Shown piece after piece: positions 21,325 to 33,300 of a stretch of DNA of 64,000 nt. The position numbers and the translations under genes were made by a program. The number at the start of each line of letters is the position of its first letter. The stretch's first letter is position 1. This stretch comes from a virus. Location of the stretch: positions 32,001-96,000 of IMG/VR virus record IMGVR_UViG_3300035661_000009; one strand, 5' to 3'. Below the pieces are notes generated by a model. It saw nothing but the letters and a program-made list of their open reading frames with translations, made no database searches and was not told the DNA's origin.

Positions 21325-21744
21325 TTAAAACTCCGATTCATTGGACCAAGAAAGGCCTTCAAAGCTAAAAGTTCCCTTCATGACGCCTCTTGGGGTAACT
21401 GACCAACTTTGGTTAATGACTAACGCTTCTAAGCTTTTGAATATAACTGCGTTACTTTTTCTATCTACTAAAACTATTGAGATGTATTTCTCTAATGTAA
21501 GATTGTCTTCCGAAGCTACGATATTTGTGCCTTCTAAGCCACCATATCCACCTAATCTAGTACATTCAAGTTTTCCACTTACTTTGACACTTCCGGGTAT
21601 AATTTCAAACGTACTAACGAAATCTAAGCCACCAAGGCTTTTTCTGCCATAATCGACGGTATATTCAAATCCAGTGCAAACGCCAAATGGTCGGCTATTT
21701 ATATAAACCTTTACACTACTGCCTGTAATTGTTATTGATTTCAT
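21325..21744 (-). CDS. Tail tube-like/baseplate protein
   Basis: 139-aa beta-rich ORF in the structural cluster; pattern resembles contractile tail tube proteins. Confidence 0.5.
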   Translation of the reverse strand: MKSITITGSSVKVYINSRPFGVCTGFEYTVDYGRKSLGGLDFVSTFEIIPGSVKVSGKLECTRLGGYGGLEGTNIVASEDNLTLEKYISIVLVDRKSNAVIFKSLEALVINQSWSVTPRGVMKGTFSFEGLSWSNESEF

Positions 21745-21749
21745 TACAT

Positions 21750-24700
21750 CTAGCTCCTACCATTATTAACATCATCTTGAGATCCCCAAACCCAAACCTC
21801 ATCCGAAAGTTTAGCGCCAGTCGGCCCATTCCCATAGTTACCTAATCCTACGTCATTTGGGTAGGCGATATGCTTCTTTACTATAACACCAGCAGCGGAT
21901 ATGTAGTCAATTGTGTTACCAGCGGCAATCCGCCCTGCAACGCTATCAGTTAGGTACATACTTCCGGCAGTTGGGGTAGTTGGGGCATATGGAGTATTTT
22001 GTACAATTAATGCCACTGACCCAGTTAAGATTGTATTCGGGAAGGAATAAGTTCCGTCTAGAATAATGCCAGTAGTGGTTTTAGCTAAATACGGAATAGC
22101 TATCGTTTGTGTCGATAATCCGAAGTTAAACAAGACATATCCAGCGCTTGGAAGGTTAGTGGGAATTGAATTAAACAGCACCGTCCTATACAACTTCCCA
22201 GCATCTAATTGCTGATTTAATGTCATGCTTAACGAAGTTAATGACGGGCTAATTTTAGGATTAAATACATAGGGTCCTATTGGTTTAGTGTCTTTAGCTG
22301 ATTTAAACTGCGTTACTTTAGCCGTTACGGTGGTTCCATTGCTATCTGTAAAAGAAGTCAATATGGGAGTTATTGAGGCGAATTCTGTGGTTAATAACGT
22401 ATCTGCGTAAAAGTGAGTTCCAGTAAGTACAGTTACTTGGGCGATTGAGTTAACGCCGCCAGAGGTGGTAGCTGTCTTCAAAGTATCGAATACCGAGCCG
22501 ACGACTGCCCCAGTCTCTCCAATAAACAAGTTTTTGGTGTTTAGCAATGTAACTGTATTGCCAGAAGCTGTTTGGATAGTGCCATTTTTTATTAATATCT
22601 GATATTTAGGATCAAACTTAATATATGTATTTACGGGTGAAGCCCCGCCACCGTTTACGCCAATTACCTTACCATCAGCATCGAGACAATATGCCATTTT
22701 GTAGACTAAATAAGAAGAAAGGCCAGACCAAGCAGTTCCCCAAACATTGCTGCTTACGTTAAAATATTCTACGTTTGTATAAGCCATTGGAGTTGTATTT
22801 TGTTTACCGCCAATAACTACCACCGTTCCGTCTGGGCCCATTGAATTATCTAGGTAAGTAAAGGCGTTGGCTGGAAGGGTCTTACCCCCCATCAATATCC
22901 ATATCCCGACATTTAAATCGTAGATATAATACGCAGTATTCATTGAACCAATTGAACCGCCAGTAGTAAATAATCCACCACCACAGAAGACATTACCGTT
23001 ATTTAACGTAACTACAGCAGCCCCTTTAAGACCAAAAGGCAAAGCCATTAAAGTTGTCCACGTATTTAATGTAGAATTATAGACTTCCGTCGATGTATTG
23101 CCAACGGCAAAGATTCTTCCATCTTTGAGTTTAGTTGCAAATGACTCGCTCTTGGCGGTAGCCATCGAAGCCGCAGCTACCCAAACATTTAACAATGGAT
23201 TGTAGATTTCGCAGGCAGAAATTTGGGTTCCGGCTCCAGTTTCTCCACCCAAAACCATTATATTGCCGTTATTTAGCATAACGATTTCGTGCAGTCTTCT
23301 TGCTGTAATCATTGAAGTCGCAGCAGAGTATGTATTAGTGCTTGGATCGAAGATATAGACCTGTGCCGTTTCGGTTCCGCTTATAGTTCCGCCAGTAATT
23401 AAGACCCGGCCATCGGTCATTTTAATGGTTTTGTAGTCTGTCGCTAAGTTATTGGCCGTCAGAGTCTTATTCTGGTTAATTAAACTAATTGTATCAGCCA
23501 AAAAACCTTCAAACTTAACAAAATCGCCGTTAACTAGATTATTTGCAGCCGTCTTTACGTATAATCTACCATTTATGTCTCTAAATGTTTGATATACATA
23601 TCCAGCAGCTACCGTAGAGCCAATATTGGCTCCCGTATTCGGAATTGTAAACTGAGTTGTAGAAATTTGCGTCACCTGCCCAGTGATTTTGATGTTTTCT
23701 GTCGCCGTAGTAAGCATCACACACACAAAATCGCCGGTAGCTATAGTATTCACCAAAGAAGTATTTACGGTAAGGACGTTTGTCGTCCTGCTAACTGTAG
23801 TTATTGGCAACTTACTTGGCAAGGCATAACTTACTTCATGTAAATAAGCTGCGCCGCCGACTGTTCTGCTAATGGCATTTGTAGTAGCTGATAAATATAC
23901 GTCTACAAAATTATCGGAGGTTTGGGCAGCAAATACTTTATGAGTATTGTTGTTGATAGTTCTCACGGTTTGAGCATAAAACTCTAAATCATTATTTGCT
24001 AATTGAGTAAAGGTTTGATTAACTCCGTAAAGATTGTCTATTTCAAAGTATTGGGTGGTCGTAGATGTGTAATTGACAGCAGTTACTGGAAAAGTTCCTC
24101 TGTTCAACGCAGATACGGGCGAGCCGTAGATAGTTACATAATTACCAACAGTAAGGTTTTGTAACCCAGGATCCGTTCCAGCACCAGAATAGGTAAATCT
24201 TACCTTCCCACTCTTTAAAAAGGGAGTTACTGAAGGAGAGGAGACCTGAACCTGCCACTGTGTAGTGACTGCCTGTGTAGTGGCCACCAAGGTAGGAAAT
24301 TTAAGCTTTTGTTGTGCCGACCCACCACCACAACTAACTGCTCCACGAAGCCCCAGAGCGCCGCTATAGACCTTCACAACGCTACCAGTAAGAGTAGAAT
24401 ATGAAGTAGCGAAAGCCTTTAATCCGGATAGCTCAAAATATCTAGTAATTACAGCAGCTACCTCAGCAGCTGTCGCCGCTCCATAAGAGTTAAAATCGTT
24501 TTGGGCGAAGACTATATTAACTACTGCACCGTCTATATTTATGGTAAGGCTGTCACCATCTTGTATATTGTATGGCTGAGTTAAATTTGATGTAACGTTC
24601 GCTCTAGCTGAGTCATCTCCGTAAAAAATATCTAGTACGTTCAGAAATGATTGGTAAGTTACCTTCTCATAGTTAAGTTCTGTTACTAGTTTTCTAAACA

Positions 24701-25304
24701 ACGGATCTGACATTCCAGTATTTACTGGTCTTATTAAACCTAAATTGCTAGCATTTCTATCTAAATACTTACCATTACTTGAGTTGATGGTCAATTGATT
24801 GAACGCCAACTGGGCTAAAGACGATAAGTTAGCGTCGCCCACAGCCAAAGCCTCCAGTAAAGCATCGACGGCTTTGCCCTTGATAGGTTTTGGAACGTAA
24901 GTACGAAGAATATTCTTGCTAGTAGGAGATACGGCACCTTGAGAAATAGAGGCGATTGAATTAAAACCAGAAACAGAGAATTGAGCAGAAATTGACCCCG
25001 TTAATACCCCGCCGCCGCTTGTCTGGATATTAATTACAGATACTAACCAAGCCCCATTAGCAAGCGGGACGTTAGTATTTAATACAAACCCCTGAGGGTC
25101 GCCAATTACTGGAGAAACAGACAAAACACTAGCTGTAGCTGGGCCAGTAAGTGAATAATTGTTTGGATTTAAGGCATCGTTAACGCCAACGCTTGAAGCT
25201 GCCAATGGATCTTGGCTAAAGCGTACAGAAACTTGAGTAGCTTGTTTTGCGCTAGCTTGCAGTAAGAATAAATTGCTTCCTGTAAATAAGCTACTTGTTG
25301 ACAT
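21750..25304 (-). CDS. Large baseplate-associated protein with Kelch repeats
   Basis: GKYLDRNASNLGLIRP..MSD..FR baseplate-wedge-like segment; Kelch GG repeats (DGRVLITGG, NGNIMVLGG, NGNVFCGGG). Confidence 0.7.
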   Translation of the reverse strand: MSTSSLFTGSNLFLLQASAKQATQVSVRFSQDPLAASSVGVNDALNPNNYSLTGPATASVLSVSPVIGDPQGFVLNTNVPLANGAWLVSVINIQTSGGGVLTGSISAQFSVSGFNSIASISQGAVSPTSKNILRTYVPKPIKGKAVDALLEALAVGDANLSSLAQLAFNQLTINSSNGKYLDRNASNLGLIRPVNTGMSDPLFRKLVTELNYEKVTYQSFLNVLDIFYGDDSARANVTSNLTQPYNIQDGDSLTINIDGAVVNIVFAQNDFNSYGAATAAEVAAVITRYFELSGLKAFATSYSTLTGSVVKVYSGALGLRGAVSCGGGSAQQKLKFPTLVATTQAVTTQWQVQVSSPSVTPFLKSGKVRFTYSGAGTDPGLQNLTVGNYVTIYGSPVSALNRGTFPVTAVNYTSTTTQYFEIDNLYGVNQTFTQLANNDLEFYAQTVRTINNNTHKVFAAQTSDNFVDVYLSATTNAISRTVGGAAYLHEVSYALPSKLPITTVSRTTNVLTVNTSLVNTIATGDFVCVMLTTATENIKITGQVTQISTTQFTIPNTGANIGSTVAAGYVYQTFRDINGRLYVKTAANNLVNGDFVKFEGFLADTISLINQNKTLTANNLATDYKTIKMTDGRVLITGGTISGTETAQVYIFDPSTNTYSAATSMITARRLHEIVMLNNGNIMVLGGETGAGTQISACEIYNPLLNVWVAAASMATAKSESFATKLKDGRIFAVGNTSTEVYNSTLNTWTTLMALPFGLKGAAVVTLNNGNVFCGGGLFTTGGSIGSMNTAYYIYDLNVGIWILMGGKTLPANAFTYLDNSMGPDGTVVVIGGKQNTTPMAYTNVEYFNVSSNVWGTAWSGLSSYLVYKMAYCLDADGKVIGVNGGGASPVNTYIKFDPKYQILIKNGTIQTASGNTVTLLNTKNLFIGETGAVVGSVFDTLKTATTSGGVNSIAQVTVLTGTHFYADTLLTTEFASITPILTSFTDSNGTTVTAKVTQFKSAKDTKPIGPYVFNPKISPSLTSLSMTLNQQLDAGKLYRTVLFNSIPTNLPSAGYVLFNFGLSTQTIAIPYLAKTTTGIILDGTYSFPNTILTGSVALIVQNTPYAPTTPTAGSMYLTDSVAGRIAAGNTIDYISAAGVIVKKHIAYPNDVGLGNYGNGPTGAKLSDEVWVWGSQDDVNNGRS

Positions 25305-26263
25305 TAGACTATAATTCCTTGGAAGTCTCGGATGTTAGACGCGGTTACCGTATATGAGGTTCCAAGCGTCTGGTGACTTGTCGTTAATCTAAAGATTGAA
25401 TCGGAGATTTGAGTACATGCCGTTACAATAAGCCCGTTATTAATTGAGTAATTATTTATATTCAAGCCATCAAGTTTATTAATTGGCTTATTAAAATATA
25501 CGTCAATAGTTCTGGCATCTACAGTTCTTGTAATTGCAATAACTGGAGAAGTCGCCACTCCTGTAAAGGTTCCATTAAATGGACCAGTAAATACTGCGCC
25601 ACCCACGTTTGCAAACCAAGACTGAGGTAAAAACAAGGTGTATGTCGTTCCGTTAGCTTGCCAACTAGTTGAAAGAACTACCGTATTCCCAACTACCGTT
25701 ACTGAATATATATAGACGCTTGCATTGTTTGGATCAATTATAAGATATTTACTAGCAATTAAGGCATCTTGTAATAATACTGGAGCAGAGTCAAAAGTCA
25801 ATGTAACTATATTAGCTCCACCCACAATACTCAAAAGATGGATTGAAGAGGCTGAAGGTGCTGTAAACGGAGCCGTTCCAAAATTAACACGGCTTCCTGC
25901 GTCAAATACAGTGTTGTTCGCTATTGTTAAAGTATACGTTCCAGAGGTGAACGTCCCGCTTACCGTCAATACTATATTTGGTGAGCCGCCGCCGGACCAA
26001 GTAACTCCAGTAACGGTTAATACCGATGGACCAGAAATAGAATAATTTCCAGGTGTCGTATTAACCGACGTTAATGGAGTAAAAAAAGATACTAGAACCG
26101 AGGTACTGCTTGTAGCAACAGCTACATATTGCAATCCAGGAGAAAAGAAGACCGCATCCGCCATTCCTACAACTGGGTAGACATTTCCAATAAATGGAGT
26201 GTCAGACCCCTGAGCGGTGGTGCCGAATGGCACTATACCGTCATTTGCTTGTAAATTAGCCAT
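25304..26263 (-). CDS. Virion protein with Ig-like repeats
   Basis: Repeated V.F...N..NYSI...V.L.T...G.TYT.T units. Confidence 0.65.
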   Translation of the reverse strand: MANLQANDGIVPFGTTAQGSDTPFIGNVYPVVGMADAVFFSPGLQYVAVATSSTSVLVSFFTPLTSVNTTPGNYSISGPSVLTVTGVTWSGGGSPNIVLTVSGTFTSGTYTLTIANNTVFDAGSRVNFGTAPFTAPSASSIHLLSIVGGANIVTLTFDSAPVLLQDALIASKYLIIDPNNASVYIYSVTVVGNTVVLSTSWQANGTTYTLFLPQSWFANVGGAVFTGPFNGTFTGVATSPVIAITRTVDARTIDVYFNKPINKLDGLNINNYSINNGLIVTACTQISDSIFRLTTSHQTLGTSYTVTASNIRDFQGIIV

Positions 26264-26264
26264 G

Positions 26265-27344
26265 TTACATACCTATATTTACGGGCATTGGGATAAGCAT
26301 ATCTGCCGCTAGCACCTGAGTAGGAGATGTAGTGTTGGGCCAAGAACCTCCAACAGTGCCGCCACCCCACCATAAATCGGTTCCACGACCGCGCCATCCT
26401 GTATATACTGTAGATACTGAATCTCCGGCACATCCAGCGATATAAACAGGTAGTGCGATGTAATTGCTTGTCGCATTATCAAAAGAGCCTAGCCCTGCGA
26501 AGTAGGTGGTGCTACTCCCCCAACTTAATACAGATCCTGCGCTTGTTTGTGACTGTGTATCTACGCTATTTGAATAATCTCTACTTTGATTAAAGCCGTT
26601 ATTGCCTATAGTTGCGACAGTGCTGACTGACCCCGAACCTCTTCCTGAGTTGGTCATATCAGAAATAGACCAAATTGGGTGTGTATCTCCAGTTCTGGTT
26701 TCTGTAGTTAAAAATAAACAGAAAAGAGTATTAAACCATCCAACACCTACTCGATTGCACAAGTAATTGAACGCGCCGGTAGAGTTAATAGAAAAATGAC
26801 TTTGATGGCTTCCTGATACAGTAAGATCGTTTACATAAGTTCTGGTGTTTGTATTTGCAAAAGCCGTTCCCGTACAACTAACACCTTTTGTTTGTGTTGG
26901 AGCGTTTGTCGTAGTGCCGCCAGTAGGTGCCGTTCTTGACCAATATATATGACCTGTGGTAACCGTCGCCGAATTTAGATTTATAGTTAAGTATACCGGA
27001 CCTAAAGCGGCCGGTGATTGCAGTGTAATCCAACAGTGCGACGTTCCTTCTGCCGCAGACTTGTTAGCCAATGCCAAGAAAGTCGTAAAAGTTGTTGTCC
27101 ATAGATCTGTTGCGGTTCCGACCCCACCAAGAGATGTCGTAGTTCCGTTGCTGCTCCCCCAAACACCCCAAGTGTTTGTAGAGTCTCTAACTACGCCACC
27201 AGTTGTTCCAGTAGAAATAGTGGCCAATAGATGAGACTTTAATGACCAAAACCATGAATAAGCGATATTATTAGCTGTTGTAACATCTGGAAATGGAGCA
27301 TTGCCTCTACCTGACCACGTTCCTGTTAGTGAAGGAGAACTCAT
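26265..27344 (-). CDS. Virion-associated/tail protein
   Basis: 359 aa, T/G/S/W-rich, in the structural operon. Confidence 0.6.
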   Translation of the reverse strand: MSSPSLTGTWSGRGNAPFPDVTTANNIAYSWFWSLKSHLLATISTGTTGGVVRDSTNTWGVWGSSNGTTTSLGGVGTATDLWTTTFTTFLALANKSAAEGTSHCWITLQSPAALGPVYLTINLNSATVTTGHIYWSRTAPTGGTTTNAPTQTKGVSCTGTAFANTNTRTYVNDLTVSGSHQSHFSINSTGAFNYLCNRVGVGWFNTLFCLFLTTETRTGDTHPIWSISDMTNSGRGSGSVSTVATIGNNGFNQSRDYSNSVDTQSQTSAGSVLSWGSSTTYFAGLGSFDNATSNYIALPVYIAGCAGDSVSTVYTGWRGRGTDLWWGGGTVGGSWPNTTSPTQVLAADMLIPMPVNIGM

Positions 27345-27352
27345 TTAATCCT

Positions 27353-30300
27353 CTAGTTTAAGATGGAAATAGCTATGTCAGTAGCTAGATCTAAGATTGT
27401 TGCTTTTTCGTTTGCTTGAATAGTAATCAAATCATTGCCGCTTGAATACTGAGGATAAGTGATTGTCACCGACATAACCCCACCAACTTTCGATGCAGCA
27501 TTAACTATGTCAGATATTGCAATGCTTTGGCCTACTGGATATGAATTAATAGTTCCAGCGATCGAAGATCTGACCTTACTTAATACCGTATCTGTGGCGA
27601 CTCCGGTTCTTAACCTCAATTCTAGAGAAACTTGAATTCGCTTAATTAGCGGGCCCGAAATGTCGATCAATGCAGGAGTGCAGGCCACGCCGGGATAGTT
27701 AGCTGGATCGTTTTCATCGCCATAAACTATCTTATGAACTTCGCCAAGTAGCCCGTTATTATAACTATAGCCATCTAACCCAGCCTTGCTTGAAGACGGG
27801 AAAGCAAGTTTATCTACAGCATAAATAGTCGAATTAACGCTAGAGTTAATCTTGCTGATATAGCCAGTTAATCCCATATTTGAAGCCCCATAAACTCGGC
27901 TGTAGCCAGTCAATACTGGATCTTTGATAATTGAATTAATTATAGAATAAGCAAAGAATGGGTTAGCCTCAGTCACTTTAGTGTAAATGTAATTAGTACC
28001 CAAAGCTGTAGCTGCAATTGGAGACATACTTCCAGTTACATAAAAGGTGTTAATATACCCAATTCCATTCCCCTTAACTCTTCTACTTACAGTAAATGTT
28101 CCGTTATTTGCCGTTCCTAAGACATTCGATCCAACCGTAAATGTGTCTCCAACATCAACGCTATCGTAAGTTGCGACTCTGAACCAAGCAAGAGTTCCGG
28201 AAACTTGTTCTTGAACGCCATTTGGATTATATACCCAGACCGTACTATTAGCAGAGTCTACGCCAACAACGTTAAAAGTGCCTACATTTACTTGACTAAA
28301 TCCAACTCCAGATGGGTTTTCTATTATAAGTAAGTCACCGGGTCTGGCCGATGAATAATCTAACTTACTTCCGGTAGTTTCGACGTATCCACAAAAGTTT
28401 CCTTGCTTAATAACTTCCCAACTTCTTGATGTAAGCCCATCAACACTTTCCGCTCTTGGAGTAATTACGTTCCCGGAGAAAGTAATTAACCATTCATTTG
28501 CATTACTTCCAGCAGAAACAGCGACAGTGGTGGCTCCAGTCAATCCTAAGGTCTTAGTAGTCCTGTTTTGGTTTACAATCTTTATAGGCATTCTTCCAGC
28601 AAACCCAGCAAGCTGAGAAGTTAAGGCATTAAACACAAACCCTTGCCCAAGGCTGAACCCCAAGTCAGTAGCCCCACCAAACACCAAGGCAGAACTTGCA
28701 TTCCCATTTCCACCAGTAACTTGAATATTAGCGCTGCTTCCAGAAGTGCTTGAAAGGATTTCTATCTTTCCACCATCAGTGCTTGGTAATATTGAAGTAT
28801 TTGCAGAAATGCCTGAAGAAGCTGGATTAGACAAGAATGAAACAAAGTTAGTTGCTGTTTTAGGAATTAAATTCATTACTTCATTGTTGAAGTCAGCGTT
28901 GGCAGTTAATTCACCGCTAACCGCGTTCTTTAATGAAATATTACTTGCGACGTTACTGATTACAGTATTTTTGACAAAGTTAATGCCGTCGAAAAGATCG
29001 AAGTATGGTAAGCAGGCTGGAGTTCCGATGTTCCCGTTCAATGTCGCATTGTTAGTCTTATATAACCATTCGTCTAATGTCGCTGTTCCAATAGTCGCCG
29101 CACCGGTTCCGTTGACAACGGTGGCTTGAACTATATCAGTCAAAGCATTAACCGTAGAAGCAATAGTAGAAGCTGCTGTCGCAGTAACTGGAAAGAATCG
29201 CATATTTGTAATGCTTCCCAGTTTGAATATATTACTACCCGCATAGTTTCTAGAAATTTCAGCTAAGAAAGTAAATCCAGTGCTTGTCGGGGAAGTTAAC
29301 TTAACGCTACCCAGTAAGTTAGTGGGAACGAACGTGGAAAAATTGACGATATCTCCGGAAACCACAGGCGTGGCCCCTCCAGTTAAAGCAGGAGAGCTTG
29401 CAGTTGATTGGAAGTATTGGACTAACGTACTGACCGTTCCGCCAGCCGGTTCTGTATAGGTGAATGTCCCAGCACCGATTGAAGTAATTATCTTTGCTCC
29501 AGCGGTAAAATTAGTTTCCCCTGGGGTGCAATAAACAACATCACCTACTTGATATGGGCAAGAATTTATCAATGCGGTTTGTGCCCAAGTCGCTGTTACT
29601 GTAGTTCCGGTCTTCGATAATGAACCAATGGCGACTGGTGTTCGATATTGCTGTACGGTTGTTTTATATGCGGCTCCAGTAGATACTTTTAATAAAGTGC
29701 TTACGGCTGTTGAAACAAGATCTGGAGTAGTTTTTGCCCAGCTAACCGTAGTTCCAGTTACTGCCGTTAATGCGACCGCTCCTAATCCGGTACTATTCGC
29801 TCCAACGTTATATGTATAAAAATAAGGTATATACACAATATCGCCAATAGAGAAGGGGTGACTTCCAATTGTAGCGGTAACAACATTGCTAGTTACTTGA
29901 ATATTGGTTACAGTGTATGAACTACCCGTATCTACGTAAAGCAAAGCGTAGTTTAGAGTTACGTTACTTGACCCAGTAAAAGTATTTGTGCTTGTATAAG
30001 TAAAGCTACTTGAAGTAGTACCGGTTATGGTATACGTACCAGAGATGAATCGAGTAGTGCCTGATGTATCATTATTAAGTAGAGTTATGTTATCGCCAAT
30101 ACTTAAGTTATGTAGATAGGTTAACGTAGAAGGAACAAAACTTACAGTAACCGTCGTACCTACGCTATTAACTAACCCAGCAATTACTGAATAAGTTGGA
30201 ATTTGAGTAACTAACCAATACTGACTACCATCTAGTCCTAATCCGGTTCTTTCTGTTCCAGAAGGTAAGGTAACATCTATTGAAGCCTTAGCATATGAAC

Positions 30301-33300
30301 TAGTTCCGGTTCCAGATATTTGATTTTGCGTAAACGCATATGGATTGCCAGAGGTTACTGAGATCGCTTGATTGGGCGCTGTTGGGTTAACATATCTTAC
30401 CTTAGCCCATTCGCCTTCTGGACCTGCTCTACCAAATCTCCATAATAGAGTTTGATTAGTAGTTAATGAATGGCTCTTGCCGCGAGCCTTCATATAAAGG
30501 GCGAAGTCATTGAACAATGAAGTCGTTCCCCAGTTGGTAAATAACGAAGCTCCGGTGCCATTTTCTCTTACTTCAAATGCAGTAGCTCCGTAAGCTGCTC
30601 CAGCTAGCGGAGTGATTTTTCTAAATAAGGGGATGTTATAGTTCTTGTTAAGCGGGTCGCTATCTAAAATTACATTAATTCCATCTTCAGCGCCTAATAC
30701 GAAGGTATTAAGCCCTTGAATTAGGTCTCCAACTTCTGGGGTCCTTGTTCTAGCATTGGTTTCAGTTGTAGCAACACCTGATGTAATATCAGTAAGAACT
30801 CGACGATCTTCACTTGCATTTCCGTATTTATTATTGGCTCCGTTCAGTGTCTTCTGAAATTGTAGAATGTTGCCGGTATTGAAGTAATTAGCGTAAAAAT
30901 CGACTATAGAGGCCGTTTTAGGGGAGAAATTGACCGTATTTGACGTAGATCCGGCAATTACAGAGGTCATTAAGAACCTAGGAGTTCCGGCCTCTGAGTT
31001 ACCTGATTCTATAATAGCTAAGTGATTAGGAGAGAAAACATCTGAGCTAATAGGTAATTGTAGGTTTTGAGCAACAGTATTTGCTGTAACTAGCGTAATA
31101 TCGCCACTTAAATATGAATTTGACGATACTCGGAAATATTTAGTTCTGTATACTTCAGCTAATCCACCGACTAACTGTGTATTAAATGAAGTAGCCAATG
31201 AAGTTAATGAAGGAGCGGACCCAGCGACCACAGTAACTACTTGTGGTTGCGTAGTTGATCTAACGAACCCCAATCCTTGACTTGAAGGAAGGATTGGCCC
31301 TTCTGCGACAACGGCAGCGTTTTCTACAGTGAAGTAATCTCCAGTAACTACTTCAGTAATTCTAAATACACCAGTATTGGCGGCGTTAAATGCCGGATCC
31401 CAGATTATGGCCCAGTCACCTTTTTGAAGCTTAGTTCCAATTAATCCAGAAGCGACAGTATATCGAGCTAGTCCCGCTGCGGGGTTAGTTACAGTAACTC
31501 CAGTTGATGTAGATATATTGGGGCTTAGTAACGTAGCAGATCCATCGATAGTAAACCACCATTTAGCTGTTCCGACTAATCCAGTCGCAATTGATGAAGC
31601 GAATGCTGGAGTTTGAAGATAAGCCTTAGTATTAGGGCTGGCTACAACTAAGTTGTCGAATTGAACTAACGGATTGTTTAATTTAATTTGACCAGTATTA
31701 CGATTAAGAGTAAAATCGTTGTTTAGACCGGTAGATACGGCTCCAGCTACAAACATTGTTTTTGAAGTTAATGTCCCACCAACTATTTCGATCTTACTTC
31801 TTGAATTGCCGGTTAAGTTACTTACGATTTCTAATCTACCATTTCTGGCATATACCGTAACTCCAGCTATCTTTGAGCTAAGTACGGTAGCCCACGAAGC
31901 TAATGAGTTTTGATAACCGACGGTTGTATATCCGGTATTCAATGAAGTAAAATCTGAGTTATTTACAACAATCGTCTGTAGCGAAGTTCCGTCAACCTTA
32001 ATAGTTAATCCATCTCCATCAGCAATACCCGAATTCCAAGCATATTGATAATTACTTGGTACAAGAGCAGTTTTACCGTCTTTGTATAAGAGTACGTCGT
32101 TCTTGTATAAACGAAGAGTGTAGGCTGGATTTGTAGAGAAATTAAAAGCGGTGTTAGCGTCGCTAGCTGTTAAGCTTAAGACTTGAATATCTTCATTTAT
32201 ATCTTGTTTAGCGAACAAACTTACCTTACTTCCACCATCCGAAGTTCTTGCATTAAATAAAAGATTTGGATTTCCATTAATACTGGAAACTACTTCAAAT
32301 GCAGAAGCATTGCCAATACTATAAAAGTCGCTTGCAGCAAAAATATGAGTAGAAGTAACTCCACCAACCAAAACCGAAAGAGATGATAAATTAGAGAGCA
32401 CGAATGGCGCTGAATATCCACTTTTTACGAAAGCCTTAGCAATAGGTCGTGGGCCCGCTAGTTGGAAGATCTGCTCCCCACCAGTAGCTGAATCCATTAA
32501 GGTTTCTGTAGATACCGCACCAATAGTTTCCTCATAACCAGTACCATCGTCTATGTAGAGTTTCGCTCTATCTGATAAGGTTACTAACGAAGAACTTACT
32601 AAAGTCTTATTGTCTTGTACTGAAGTAGCGCCAAGAATAGAACTAGTTATAGATAATCCAGTGCCTTTAGTTCTTGATTGTCTTGCGTCACGCAAACGCT
32701 CACGAAAGTTATCGTCCGTTTCAGCGCCGCTTGCATTTGAGAACGGCAGAGGGTTAGTTACAGTAACTCCGGGGAATGGAGTCGATGAAATTTGTTTAAT
32801 ACTTCCAGCAGCAACGTTTCCAGTTAATCCGGGAGTTGAAGCAATTACTTCTATATTGCTTACCGAAATTTCGCCGTCAGGAATTACTGCGGTGTATAAT
32901 GTTGAAAACTTGATTGAGTCGCCTAAGGCTTGTTGAGTAGTTTGTACAATAGTTCCTAGGGGTATTTGACGAACTCCTCCTTGAGCCAAAACTATAGTTT
33001 CGCCAAGATCGTGGAACTTCGACGTAGCTACAGATAGAGTTAATGTCCAATACCCAGAAAGTGCGGTCTTGGCGGTATAAGCCATCGGGCCTTCAAAGTT
33101 ATCAGTACCACGGCCAATATAGATATTGCCACTAACCGGAAAAAGACTTGCATCGGTTACATTAACTGTTAGACTACCGGCTACAAGCGCTCCACCACCA
33201 ATATACAAGTTGGTTGAGATTTTAGTAAAACTGCCGTCAGTAAAATTAACTAATCCAGTGGCCGCAGAAACAGTCTTTCTTGTAAGGTTTTCGTCAGCCG